A stretch of DNA of 47,557 nt from Verrucomicrobiota bacterium (GTDB lineage Bacteria; Verrucomicrobiota; Verrucomicrobiia; Limisphaerales; SXQI01). A program made the translations under genes and the position numbers. The first letter of the stretch is position 1, and the number at the start of each line of letters is the position of its first letter. The notes beneath the pieces were generated by a model. It was not told the DNA's origin and made no database searches. It was given only the letters and a program-made list of their open reading frames with translations. The stretch covers positions 1 through 47,557 of the forward strand of contig JANRLX010000031.1 in NCBI GenBank assembly GCA_033762115.1. Reading direction: 5' to 3'. This document shows positions 7,130 through 17,800 of the stretch, piece after piece.

Positions 7130-9951
7130 AGAACGGAGCCGATCCAGCGGATGAAAAGGCCATTCATCACTGCGTTGGGTCCGGCAAGGCGTGTGACCCT
7201 GATACGAATGCGCCCATGAAAATCGTAGTTCAGGTAAACTCCATCTCCGAAATTGCTCATTGTGTAGGAATGAAGGAGTGATCCTGAGACAGCATCGAAC
7301 ACCTCCACCTTTTGAGAGCGGCCGAGACGGTCCCAATCTTCAAAATAAAGAGCCAGTCTTTTGCCGGTATTGATAAGGTCAATTTCGACATCGAAGCTGG
7401 TGGATGAGTAGTAGCAACCCGCAACGCGGTCTGTGCTGTTGATTTTTTCCAGGGCGCGAACATCGCTGGTGGACGATTGCCAAAGATGCTCGAGGTGTCC
7501 GATGTAACGAATATGAGCAGAGGAAGGAATCTTGGCGGCGTTTCCAATGACGTTATACCCTTCCGAACCGTATTCGCCTTTCCAATTTCCTTTCCGCACC
7601 CAATCAGCCCCGCGCCAACCAAGCTTGGTGGGAAGGTAAACCAGACTGGTGGGCTGGGAGACTGCGAATGTTGAAGAAGAGACGCTGCTCTCGTTTAATC
7701 CAGTGGCAAATGCCCTGGCTTTGACGGTGGCGGAAGCTTTGAGCGCAAATGGCGCAGAATAAACTGTTGAAGTGGCAACTGGAACAGTCCCATTTGTTGT
7801 GTATCGAATGGTTGAACCAGCCGGCCCTGTAATCGAGACAGTGACACTGCCGGTGAATGAGCCGCCTCCCGGTGTGATGACTGGCGCAGCAACCGTGGCC
7901 AGATGGGTGGAAGCGACGCTCTCGTTGGAAAAGCTGGAATCCCCTGCGCTGTTTGATGCCACGATCCTGAAATAGTATTGGGTTCCCGCTGCAAGGCCGC
8001 TGTTGGCATAGGTGACGCTGTTCGCAGCGAGGGTGGCCACCAAGGCATAGGTGCCATTCACTCCTACTTTGCGATAAATTTTGTAGGCTGTTTCATTATT
8101 TGCATTGTCGACCCATGACAATGTGATCTGGCTTGGACTCAAAGGCAGCGCAGCGAGCATCGAAGGCGCTGATGGAATCGTGACAGTGGGAGGTGGAGGG
8201 GTGGAACCTGTTGAGCCATTCCCGGCAAAAATTCCCTGGCTTGCGTTGTAATATGAGCCGCTTCCGGATTTCTCCAGCTTGACCGCCCGCACCATGTAAG
8301 TGTAACCGGCAGCCACCGAATCGATGAAATTATTTCCTGCTACCGGTGTCGATGTCAGGCGAGTAAAGGTTCCGTTCAGAGAACTTGCCCGATAAACATG
8401 ATAGCCAACAAGATCAGTGTCTGTTGAAGCGGTCCAGCTCAAAGTGGCGCTGCTGCCGGAGAGGGCAACATTCAAATTGGAAGGTGGAATTACGGGGTGC
8501 ATTCGGAGGGTGGGGTCTCCCAATAATGCCACGTGGACCATTCGCGAGCCATAGCCAGGACCACCATAGAGACCGTTATAGGGATTGTTCTGGCTAAGCT
8601 TTGTGCTGTGTCCAATCGGCGCGCCAAGCCCCATATGATGATAAAACCAATGAGGGCGACCGGACCAGGAAGCGGTCAGCGTATAACTGCTGGATCCGAG
8701 AGGGGCCCTGAGAAAATTGCTTTCATTGTCCCAGTCACCAAAGTAGCTGCCGAGAAACATGGTGAAAACCGTTTTGATATCGTTCAAGGCGAAGTCATCC
8801 GAACCTCCAATTCCATTGCAGGTGTAGTAACTTCCTCCACCTGTACCGTAAGACCAAAGGTAATCCTGTGAGTTCAACGTGCTGAAGAAAGTCCCGTAGG
8901 GAACCTTGACAGTGTTGCTGGCGCCGAAGAAAGGCGCAAAATTTCTCCAGCCACTGGCGGCAAAGGCTTCGCCGTCCCGTTCACCAAAGTTGTCACAGAC
9001 CAATCCGCGTCGAGCGAGGGTAAATTTACGATGACGGAACGAATGATCCTTGTTGAGGTATTGCCGAAGCAGATCGAGTTCGCTGCGGGAGGGAGACTTA
9101 TTAGCAAAGCAGGTCATGTTGAACAAATCCACACGTCCGACCGCGAGTTCCACGTTGGAGGGGATCTCGGTGTGGTCGAATTTACCGTCGCCGGGCACGT
9201 TGTGGTTGGCGGGGCGATGAGCGGAGGCGTTATTCACGCTGATATCGGTCCATGTGCCATCCATGTCGCCATAATACAGATCAGCTGGCCATGCTCCGTT
9301 ATGGTCGTCATGTCCGTCCGGGTTAAAATTGCCCGAGTAGGGAATGGCGATATGCCCAAAAAGAAATACAGCTTTTACATTGTTCGGATCAGCATTGTAT
9401 TCGGCTTTAATGATGTTTTTAATGGAAGGCACGGAATCGTTCCTCGAAACATCTTTGCGGATGACAGACCAGCCATCACCGATGAGGTCCTGCTGAAGAC
9501 GGGAAAGTTCTGCTGAAAGGGCGGAAGCGTGGGTATTGTCCACAAGAAGGATGACCTTTCCACGAACGTCTTCAAGAGGGGCATTAATGCCAGCGAGAAC
9601 GAAGCCGTGTCCCTTGTAACCAAGCGTTGTATTTTTGACGATTTGATATTCGTAAGAAGTTCCCGACGTGACATTTAAATCGGTAAAGGAAACCGCAGTT
9701 CCGGGAAGTGTCCCCACTTGAGTCCAGGAACTGGCAGAGGGCGCCTTACGGGAAATGGTATAAGTTGTCGCGTTGGGATCAGCAGGCCATTCCAAATTCA
9801 CCCGGGCAGGTGAAACCTGGGTAGCGGCGCTGACCTCCACCGCATAAAATTTTGGGTCTGTTTCTGCGAGGAGCGCCGTGACTGAGGAGGATAGTGTCCC
9901 CAACAGGAACAAGGTCCCGACAAAACGGCAAAATAAGGCGTGTAACTTCAT
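7126..9951 (-). CDS. Large secreted multidomain protein: FN3, gingipain (C25)-like core, two FN3, FN3-associated/chitobiase-like, C-terminal beta-sandwich
   Basis: Signal peptide from ATG 9951 (track TTG start 9996); FN3 motifs (ITLSW.DN..NET.Y.I.R; GL..GT.YYFR..A.N..G.S..S); IRYTTNGT.P...S..Y..P. Confidence 0.85.
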   Translation of the reverse strand: MKLHALFCRFVGTLFLLGTLSSSVTALLAETDPKFYAVEVSAATQVSPARVNLEWPADPNATTYTISRKAPSASSWTQVGTLPGTAVSFTDLNVTSGTSYEYQIVKNTTLGYKGHGFVLAGINAPLEDVRGKVILLVDNTHASALSAELSRLQQDLIGDGWSVIRKDVSRNDSVPSIKNIIKAEYNADPNNVKAVFLFGHIAIPYSGNFNPDGHDDHNGAWPADLYYGDMDGTWTDISVNNASAHRPANHNVPGDGKFDHTEIPSNVELAVGRVDLFNMTCFANKSPSRSELDLLRQYLNKDHSFRHRKFTLARRGLVCDNFGERDGEAFAASGWRNFAPFFGASNTVKVPYGTFFSTLNSQDYLWSYGTGGGSYYTCNGIGGSDDFALNDIKTVFTMFLGSYFGDWDNESNFLRAPLGSSSYTLTASWSGRPHWFYHHMGLGAPIGHSTKLSQNNPYNGLYGGPGYGSRMVHVALLGDPTLRMHPVIPPSNLNVALSGSSATLSWTASTDTDLVGYHVYRASSLNGTFTRLTSTPVAGNNFIDSVAAGYTYMVRAVKLEKSGSGSYYNASQGIFAGNGSTGSTPPPPTVTIPSAPSMLAALPLSPSQITLSWVDNANNETAYKIYRKVGVNGTYALVATLAANSVTYANSGLAAGTQYYFRIVASNSAGDSSFSNESVASTHLATVAAPVITPGGGSFTGSVTVSITGPAGSTIRYTTNGTVPVATSTVYSAPFALKASATVKARAFATGLNESSVSSSTFAVSQPTSLVYLPTKLGWRGADWVRKGNWKGEYGSEGYNVIGNAAKIPSSAHIRYIGHLEHLWQSSTSDVRALEKINSTDRVAGCYYSSTSFDVEIDLINTGKRLALYFEDWDRLGRSQKVEVFDAVSGSLLHSYTMSNFGDGVYLNYDFHGRIRIRVTRLAGPNAVMNGLFIRWIGSVL

Positions 9952-10098
9952 CGATAGAATTTTGAGGAGACGGTTCTCCTTTTGGTTTTTGAACAAACGC
10001 TCTGCTCATGCAGGGCGATCATCGACGAGGAGGGGCTTGAACCAATTCAGGTAGTTCCCTGATACCTGATAGGGTTATTCACCGAGTCGGGACGGCGG

Positions 10099-10126
10099 AA
10101 TGTAATCCAGGAATATTGCTTTGCAA
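10099..10126 (-). promoter_or_regulatory. Candidate sigma70 promoter for the FN3 protein gene
   Basis: Minus strand TTGCAA-16 nt-TACATT. Confidence 0.4.
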
Positions 10127-10156
10127 GTAGGAGTTTCTGCAAGGCAAATGCCGAGG

Positions 10157-10174
10157 TTGTGAAAAATTTCACAA
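10157..10174. promoter_or_regulatory. Perfect palindromic operator (fits both Rex and CRP/FNR-family consensus)
   Basis: TTGTGAAA-AA-TTTCACAA in a divergent intergenic region. Confidence 0.6.
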
Positions 10175-10213
10175 GGTGCTTGCTTCGTGGTTAAAAGTCT
10201 ATATTTTACGGGA

Positions 10214-10942
10214 GTGGACTCTCTCACGGTCGCTCATTCTCCTGTTCGCTCCGGGCAAGACAGCCAGTCGACTGCTATCGTCACCATTCGCGAGTTATTC
10301 AAAATATATCGCCAGGGAGAAATCAATGTTACGGCCCTTAATGGGATTAGCCTGACCATTTCCGAAGGGGAGTTTTTGACCTTAATGGGACCGTCAGGTT
10401 CTGGGAAATCGACGTTGCTGCATATTATTGCGGGTGTGGATCGTCCCAGCAGCGGCGAATGCTGGGTGCAGAATGTCAATGTGGCAAAATTGAATGAGTC
10501 TGAGCTGGCGGATTGGAGAAACCAAAACGTGGGGTTTGTCTTCCAGACATTTAATTTGATTCCGGTGCTGACAGCGTTTGAAAATGTGGAACTGCCATTG
10601 TTGTTGACCAAGCTGAATCGGAAGCAACGGAAAAAACAGGTGGCGACGGCGTTGGATTTGGTGGGGTTGGGAGAACGGATGCACCATTTGCCAAAGCAAC
10701 TCTCCGGCGGACAGGAGCAACGAGTGGCCATTGCCCGGGCCCTGGTGACCGATCCAAAGTTGATTGTGGCAGATGAACCGACAGGGAACCTGGATTCAAA
10801 TTCCGCGCAGGAAGTTCTGCACATACTTCAATCCCTCTGCCGGGACGCAGGAAAAACCGTCATTATGGTGACCCATGACCCGAAGGCGGCGGCATTTGGC
10901 ACTCGGACCATTCATCTGGAAAAGGGAGAATTCGCGGAATAA
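10214..10942 (+). CDS. ABC transporter ATP-binding protein (MacB/LolD family)
   Basis: Walker [51 protein letters not shown] 10214 is preferred over 10187 because of the promoter position. Confidence 0.93.
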   Translation: MDSLTVAHSPVRSGQDSQSTAIVTIRELFKIYRQGEINVTALNGISLTISEGEFLTLMGPSGSGKSTLLHIIAGVDRPSSGECWVQNVNVAKLNESELADWRNQNVGFVFQTFNLIPVLTAFENVELPLLLTKLNRKQRKKQVATALDLVGLGERMHHLPKQLSGGQEQRVAIARALVTDPKLIVADEPTGNLDSNSAQEVLHILQSLCRDAGKTVIMVTHDPKAAAFGTRTIHLEKGEFAE

Positions 10943-10945
10943 GCG

Positions 10946-12088
10946 ATGAGCATTACAGGATTTATCGCCAAGAACGCTTTTCGAAACCGACGCCGTGCGG
11001 CGTTGTCAGTGGTAAGCGTGGCGGTGAGCCTGTTCCTGCTGGTGACCTTATTGGTGGGAGTGAGGGAGCTGACTGTCCCGCCAGAGGATTTAGGGACGGC
11101 TTCACGGATTATTGCGCGCAACAAAATTTCCCTGGCGAATCTGCTGCCTGCCCGCCAGCGTGCGACGATTGAAAAAATTCCGGGAGTCCTGGCGGTCACC
11201 CCATTTACCTGGTTTGGAGGCACTTACAAGGGAGAACAAGCGATGACCTTTGCCCAGTTTGCGGTTGACCCGGCAACACTGTTCCAAGTGATGGAAGATG
11301 CGAAAATGCCTGCTGATCAATTGGCCGCCTTTCAGGCAGAGAGAACGACCTGCATTGTGGGCAAAGTCACGGCAGAGAAGTATGGAATCAAAGTGGGGGA
11401 TCGTTTTCAACTGGGAGGAACGTTCTGGCCGTATGACCTGGATATGCGGGTGGCAGGGATTTACCAGGGGACAATTGATGATCGAAACATTTTTTTCCAT
11501 CACAAATACCTGGATGAACTCTCAGGTGGAGGACAAGTGGGGACGTGGTGGATCCGGGCGACCAGCACTGAACAGGTCGGCCCGGTTGTGGAGGCGATCA
11601 ATAAAGCGTTTGCCAATACTTCCGCGGAAGTCCGGGCAGAAACGGAACGGGCTTTTCAACTCAGCTTTGTCTCGATGATGGGGAACATCAAATTGTTGAT
11701 TCATTCCATTTGTTCAGTGGTGGTGTTCACATTGGTGCTGGTCAGCGCGAGCACCATGAGCATGGCCATCAGGGAAAGATTTCGTGAGCTGGCGGTTTTG
11801 AAGGCACTGGGTTTCAGGCGCAGGGAATTGTTCAGTTTTATCCTGGCGGAGAGTTTTGGACTGGCGATGGCGGGAGCGGTGCTTGGAGTTGGCGGTGCGT
11901 ATTGCCTGTTTACCTATCTGGATGTTTCAAAATTGACGAATGGCATTTTTGTTGTGCTGGAAGTCACGCCAAAAATAATTGGGGTATCATGCCTTGTGGC
12001 CGCGAGCCTGGGAATTGTATCGAGTATTGCGCCGGCGATTTCCGTGGCCCGGATGAGCGTGGTGGAGGGGTTGAAAACGTTGGATTAA
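10946..12088 (+). CDS. ABC transporter permease (MacB/FtsX family)
   Basis: KNAFRNRRR..L, periplasmic domain, M.MAIRERFRELAVLKALGF, four TM helices. Confidence 0.92.
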   Translation: MSITGFIAKNAFRNRRRAALSVVSVAVSLFLLVTLLVGVRELTVPPEDLGTASRIIARNKISLANLLPARQRATIEKIPGVLAVTPFTWFGGTYKGEQAMTFAQFAVDPATLFQVMEDAKMPADQLAAFQAERTTCIVGKVTAEKYGIKVGDRFQLGGTFWPYDLDMRVAGIYQGTIDDRNIFFHHKYLDELSGGGQVGTWWIRATSTEQVGPVVEAINKAFANTSAEVRAETERAFQLSFVSMMGNIKLLIHSICSVVVFTLVLVSASTMSMAIRERFRELAVLKALGFRRRELFSFILAESFGLAMAGAVLGVGGAYCLFTYLDVSKLTNGIFVVLEVTPKIIGVSCLVAASLGIVSSIAPAISVARMSVVEGLKTLD

Positions 12089-12110
12089 TGAGCAGAGAAA
12101 TTTCACTCTA

Positions 12111-13274
12111 ATGGCACTTCCCATCACATATAATATCCGGAATGTTCTGGTGCGATGGCGGTCCACCCTGGCAACGATATTGGGAATCGCGCTGGTGGTG
12201 GCAGTTTACATGATGGTGCAGGCGCTGGCGGTGGGTTTGCAGCAAAACAGCGCAAATACCGGGGATGAACGGAATTTGCTGATTGTGCGGAAGGGCTCCA
12301 CCGCCGAATCCAGCAGCCAGGTGACACGTGAACAACTTCAATTGCTTAAATTTGTGGAAGGGATCGATAAAGATGCCAAAGGCCAGCCGCTGATCTCGGC
12401 GGATGTGCTGGTGTTGATAAACCTGCCGCGCAAGGAGGGGAGAGGAGAGGCCAATGTGCTGGTGCGCGGCGTTTCACCGGCCGGCTTGGAGCTTCGGCCA
12501 CAGGTGAAACTGGTTGAAGGACGATGGCTTTCTCCCGGCAAACGGGAAGTGGTGGCCAGCAAAAGATTGGCGGGACGTTTTGCGCAACTTCAGATCGGGG
12601 ACAAATTCAAGACAGCAGGCCAGGAGCTAACGGTGGTAGGCTGGCTTGAGGCGGGCAAGAGTGCATTTGACTCGGAGATCTGGATGGATGCAGATGAAGC
12701 AAGGTCGGTCTTTGATCGAGAGTTTTATTCCACAGTGTTGGCGAGGGTTTCAAATGCCGCTGCGGCAGCAGCGATCACCAATCGGCTTGAAACAGACAAG
12801 CGCCTTCCACTAAGGGGATTGCGGGAAACAGATTATTACAAAAGCCAGACAATGACAGCGACTCCCATTCGCTTTTTGGGAAATTTCCTTGCCACTGCAA
12901 TGTCTGTAGGCGCGATTTTTGCGGCGATGAACACGATGTACGCGAGTGTTGGTGCCCGCACACGGGAAGTTGGAACGTTAAGGGTGCTTGGGTACAGGCG
13001 ACGAACGGTGTTGCTTAGCTTTTTGCTTGAGGGAGCGTTCCTGAGTTTGCTGGGGGGGATTTTGGGTTGTCTGTTATCTCTCCCCATGAATGGCTACTCC
13101 ACCGGAACCCTGAGTTTTGAAAATTTTAGTGAAGTGGTTTTTGACTTTTCCATCACGCCTGCGCTGATCATGAAGGGATTGATATTTTCCGTGATTGTCG
13201 GATTGATCGGGAGCCTCTTTCCGGCATTAAGGGCAGCACGCTTGCCGGTGATTGCTTCGTTGAAATCGTTATGA
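12111..13274 (+). CDS. ABC transporter permease (MacB/FtsX family)
   Basis: YNIRN...RW, NTMYASV..RTREVGTLR.LGY, GSLFPALRAARL. Confidence 0.92.
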   Translation: MALPITYNIRNVLVRWRSTLATILGIALVVAVYMMVQALAVGLQQNSANTGDERNLLIVRKGSTAESSSQVTREQLQLLKFVEGIDKDAKGQPLISADVLVLINLPRKEGRGEANVLVRGVSPAGLELRPQVKLVEGRWLSPGKREVVASKRLAGRFAQLQIGDKFKTAGQELTVVGWLEAGKSAFDSEIWMDADEARSVFDREFYSTVLARVSNAAAAAAITNRLETDKRLPLRGLRETDYYKSQTMTATPIRFLGNFLATAMSVGAIFAAMNTMYASVGARTREVGTLRVLGYRRRTVLLSFLLEGAFLSLLGGILGCLLSLPMNGYSTGTLSFENFSEVVFDFSITPALIMKGLIFSVIVGLIGSLFPALRAARLPVIASLKSL

Positions 13275-14293
13275 AACCGGACCGCGTCAGCCAATTACAG
13301 ATCCCGGAATCATCAAAGGTCCGGCCACAGAAACCAGTTTGGATTATTTTCCTGGGAGTGCTGGTAATTACCGCAGTGGCAATTTATTACGCATGGCCTC
13401 GGCCCGAAACGGACGAACGACGAATGCCGAAGGGGGCAAAAAGTGCTGATGCCGCCTCAACAAAAATCACCGCTTCAGTGACATCGACATCAGCTGTTCC
13501 CTCGAACGCAGTTGCGCCAAAGAGCGGGGATGTTCTGCTGACTGTTAGTGGCTATATTATTAATCGTGAGCGGATTGAGCTAAGTCCGCGCTTCATGGGG
13601 GTGGTGAAATGGATTGGGGTTAAAAAGGGGGACACCGTCACAAACAATCAGGTGGTCGTGTTGCTGGATGATGCAGAGTATAAGGCGCGATTAAAGGAAA
13701 CGGAAGGCCGCCTTGCCAGTGCAAAAGCGAACCTTGAACGCGCACAACTGAATTACGACAGAGTTGCGCGCCTGGCAGAGGAGAGTATCGAATCGCGCCA
13801 AATGCTTGACAATATGAGGCTGGATGTCACCAGCGCCCGAGCAATCATCACTGAGATCGAAGGACAAATTGAAGGGATCAGGAACTGGATTGACTGGACT
13901 GTGATTCGTTCACCCATTGATGGGGTGGTGCTGGAAAAACTAGTGGATCCAAATGAGCTGGTCACTCCTCAAAGTTTTGGTGGAACACGTGGTCCAAGCA
14001 CTGCGTTGATTGCCCTGGCGAATACCAGGGATTTGCAAGTGGAGATCGATCTTAATGAAGCGGATGTGGGGAAGGTTTTCCTGAACCAAAAATGCCGCGT
14101 GAGTCCTGAAGCCTATCCTGATAAAACTTATGAAGGATACGTTGCGGAAAAAGCCCCGGAAGCAAATCGCCAAAAGGGAACATTGCAGATCAAGGTCCAG
14201 ATTGTGAATCCGGATCATTTCCTGACCCCCGAACTGAGCGCCAAGGTTGATTTTCTTAATGAGTCGAGGGAAGCGAGTTCGCCGGGAATTTGA
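13271..14293 (+). CDS. Efflux periplasmic adaptor subunit (MacA/HlyD-like membrane fusion protein)
   Basis: N-terminal TM, lipoyl halves (GVKKGD.V; IRSPIDGVV), alpha-hairpin, E.DVGKV..Q. Confidence 0.92.
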   Translation: MKPDRVSQLQIPESSKVRPQKPVWIIFLGVLVITAVAIYYAWPRPETDERRMPKGAKSADAASTKITASVTSTSAVPSNAVAPKSGDVLLTVSGYIINRERIELSPRFMGVVKWIGVKKGDTVTNNQVVVLLDDAEYKARLKETEGRLASAKANLERAQLNYDRVARLAEESIESRQMLDNMRLDVTSARAIITEIEGQIEGIRNWIDWTVIRSPIDGVVLEKLVDPNELVTPQSFGGTRGPSTALIALANTRDLQVEIDLNEADVGKVFLNQKCRVSPEAYPDKTYEGYVAEKAPEANRQKGTLQIKVQIVNPDHFLTPELSAKVDFLNESREASSPGI

Positions 14294-14486
14294 GGATCTT
14301 GCCGGTGGAAATCGGTTGTAACCGGGCTTGTAACTGGCTGAGCGTGCGGATTTGTTTTTCAAGCTGAAGCAAGCCAGCCCTGGCTTCGTTATAATCAAAA
14401 GACTCGGAAGAGGTGACGACTTTTTCCAGGAGACGACGGGTTTCTCCCAGCGCATTAATCGCAAGTTCAACAGCTTCAGCGTTCAT
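14256..14486 (-). CDS. Small helical hypothetical protein
   Basis: 76 aa with ATG start and heptad/amphipathic pattern; lies in otherwise non-coding space and overlaps the adaptor gene's 3' end by 38 nt. Confidence 0.5.
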   Translation of the reverse strand: MNAEAVELAINALGETRRLLEKVVTSSESFDYNEARAGLLQLEKQIRTLSQLQARLQPISTGKILKFPANSLPSTH

Positions 14487-14838
14487 CCTGCCATGACCTT
14501 CAGGGTTTCCCTTAAAAAAGGTAAAAATCCAGTGAATAATTCTGGTGAATAACTAGGTAAAAGTCTCGAATAAAATTATTCCAAAACTACTCCCGGCCTT
14601 CTCTGATTTGTATCGGATGAGGCCTGCCTGACTTTCTCAAGGGCTTTGAAAATGTGCATATTTTCAGCGTTTTTCGCGCGGAAACAACCTTGCTTTGAAA
14701 CAAATTATTTCACAATGAGATGTTATTGGGAGTTTTTCACAGCAGTTCTCAGTTTATTCACATTGGCCTTTTGGCCTGATTCCGAAAAAAAAGCCAAAAA
14801 AACGTCGTTGGGATGGATTTGGATTCCTTGGTGGAGAA

Positions 14839-17800
14839 TTAATGGGCTTTAGAAGCAGGCAGGAGGATGGTAAAAGTCGAGCCTTTATTGACCTCTGTTT
14901 TCAGGTTAATCCCGTATCCCATCTGTTTGGCCAATTCATAAACCATGGAAAGGCCAAGGCCTGTCCCACGCCGCGAGGAAAAGGCTTTAGTGGTGAAGAA
15001 AGGTTCAAAAATGCGCTCAATATTTTGTGGAGGGATGCCGATTCCATCATCTTTAACTGAAACTGCGATATAACTGGCCGATGGCGCAGGTTGAAGGATC
15101 AGATCCGAAGGCAAATTAACCAATAATTCCGTTTGGAGGAGAACACGGCCCTGCCCTCCGATGGCGTCCACCGCGTTCATGACGAGGTTGAGCACCATCT
15201 GCTGCAGAATCTCCCGTGCACAAATGATCCTGGGCAGACCAGGGGCTGAGTGGATCTCAATGACGACTTCGTTGGAATAACGGTCTGACGCAATTTTCCC
15301 CAGTTCCTCCACGATTTCACCGGGATTGCACTCGATAAAATCTTTTTCCGTGACACGTCCCAAACCAAGCATTGCCTTCACGATTCCACTGCCTTGATCG
15401 ACAACTGTCAGAATACGAGAGACGCGGGTTTTGATTTTTTCCTTATCTTCAGGATTGGATTCAATCACCTGAACGGAACCTTTGATGATTGAAAGGATGT
15501 TGTTGAAATCGTGAGCAATTCCCGCCGCCAACGTTCCAAGGGCGCTCATTTTCTGGCTGTGAAGCAATTCCTGGTGAGCTTTTTCCAGCTGCGAGGTGCG
15601 TTCCCGGACTTTCAGTTCCACTTCGGCATAACTTCTTTTCAGTTGAACATGTTTGTTTACCGCCACCCCGGCAAAGAACAGGACCAGTGAAATGCCCAGG
15701 AGAGAAACCGCCACCAAACGCGGGTCTTTGAACCAGGGCAACACGACTGAAAAAGTAACCGTCGCAAAAAGTGGATCTTCATTTCCGGAACGGTCCATTG
15801 CCCGGATATCAATTTTATGCTGACCCGGCCCCAAATCCTTGAAGACCCGAAATTGATGGTTGGTGAATGGAGACCAGCCCCCTTCATCCAATCTCCAGGA
15901 ATAAAGCAATCGAGTTGAAGGGGTATATTCCCAGCGATCCAGCCCCCGGAAGAACGCAGTGGTGATCACTTCAGTCCCATCCCGAAACGTTTGCACATCG
16001 GCAGGAAGACTTTGTGGTGGATCGATGTCGGCGGAGGAGTGAAATTGCAACAGCCCCTGGGCGGTCGCGGCCAAAATACCATGCTCCGTGTCGAAGTATA
16101 CCGAGTAAACAGGCCGTGTGGTCAAGCCTTCCTCATGCGAGTGGGAGACCCAGGTTCCATTCTGTAAGCGATGAACAGCCCCGACAGTGCCAAGCCAGAC
16201 TGCACCATCCTCTCCTTTGGTGATTCCTGTGATTCGTTGTCCCGGAGAGTAGATAGGTTCCCAGCTTCTGCCCTTGAGTTCAAAGAGGGTATCACTGCTG
16301 GCGCACCAGGTTCGATCCCCAAACATTTGGACAACCCACTGAATTTTTTCACCAAGGCCGCGCTCGAGAGGAAGCGCTCGGTTCATGGTCGAATTTGCCC
16401 GGCGATGCCACAAATTATTATCAGCGGCAATCCAGAGATCACCATTCGGCATCTCGCCCGCGAAATGAATGGAAGCAATTGCTTCGCTGCCCCCCGGAAT
16501 CTCCAAAGTGAGGGGAGAGAGGGAATTCCCATCAAACAGGTAAAGATTGGTGGCGTTAGTCCCCGCTCCTGAAACGAAGAGTTGTCCATCCTGGGCCTGA
16601 CCAACAATTTTTCCGGGTAAGAGGGGGTGGAGGTTTTCAAAGCTCCAGGAATCACTCCTCAACTGGAAAGTCCGATCTTCAGTATCAATCACAAGTCGTC
16701 CATCCGGTAATTCAAACAAACGACTTTCCCCAAGCGGGTGTAACTCGAAATCAGCAGGCCAGGGAACAAGGTCCATTTGGTCGTTAAAATCCCGCACCAA
16801 TCCTTCGGCAGTCTCTATCCAAAACGTGCGGGAAGTCCTGGACCGAAGCACCGCGTGAACAGGGACCTGGAGTGGCGCAAATTTAACGGGCGGTCGCCAT
16901 ATGGAAGGGGCATACCTGATGAGCCCTTCCGATGAAGCGATCCAGAACACCCCATTGGTTTCAACATGGACATCGTAGTTGGCGGTCAGCAACCCTTCGC
17001 GAACAAAAAGATCGCCAGAACGTCTGTAGAGCGCGTTAAAGTTGTAAGCCCATATGGACTGGTCCCAACTTGTCCACAACTGCCTCAACCGTTCTCCTTG
17101 AATAGGCTCTGCCTGCAAAGTGCCGTTGAAGGTGATCTTATATTTTTCCCCGTTGTCCAGCTCATTGAAACCAAGGGTTGTCACGCTTCCATCTGCCCCT
17201 TCCCAAGGGACCTGCAGGTTCTGAATCGGGCTTGCTGGAGGAAGCAGGTACTCTGTCCAGGAAAGGTTCGTCCCCATGTTGCGGAGTGGTCCTGCGATTT
17301 TAGCCAAACCATTCATGCCGGAGAGCCAAATCCCGCCGTCGGCTGATTCGCGCATTTCATTGAACTGGCCCAACCCGGTCTGGCTTGCCAATTTAAGAAT
17401 GGTGACACGCCGGGGAACAGCTTCGTAAAGGAGAAGCTTGTCCGATAGCAGGAGGAGAACATGATTTATTTCGAGGGGCAGAAGTGAAATTTGGCGAATC
17501 TGGCGGAGGGGATTCCCCATGAGTTCGTTTCTGACATCGACGATTTCATGTGTTAACCAGCGGCCTTTCTCAAACAGCAGCAAACCATTGGGGGCAATTG
17601 TCCAGAGCTGGCTTGAACGACTTTCATGCACTCGATAATTGCCCGTCTCCGGAAGGCTCAACGCGCCGTTGGTGTAACCATCAAACCAATAAGCCGTGGG
17701 TTCCTGCGTTTGCTTGACCCAAACCTTGCCTCGGGGACTGATGGTGATGGTTGAGAAAGAATCACCCGGCCTGAAGACGCTCCATTGAAGGGTTGGGTCT

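Noticed and set aside
14646..14852. 68 aa plus-strand ORF in AT-rich intergenic DNA
   Set aside because: TTG start, low-complexity Phe/Lys composition, no supporting signals
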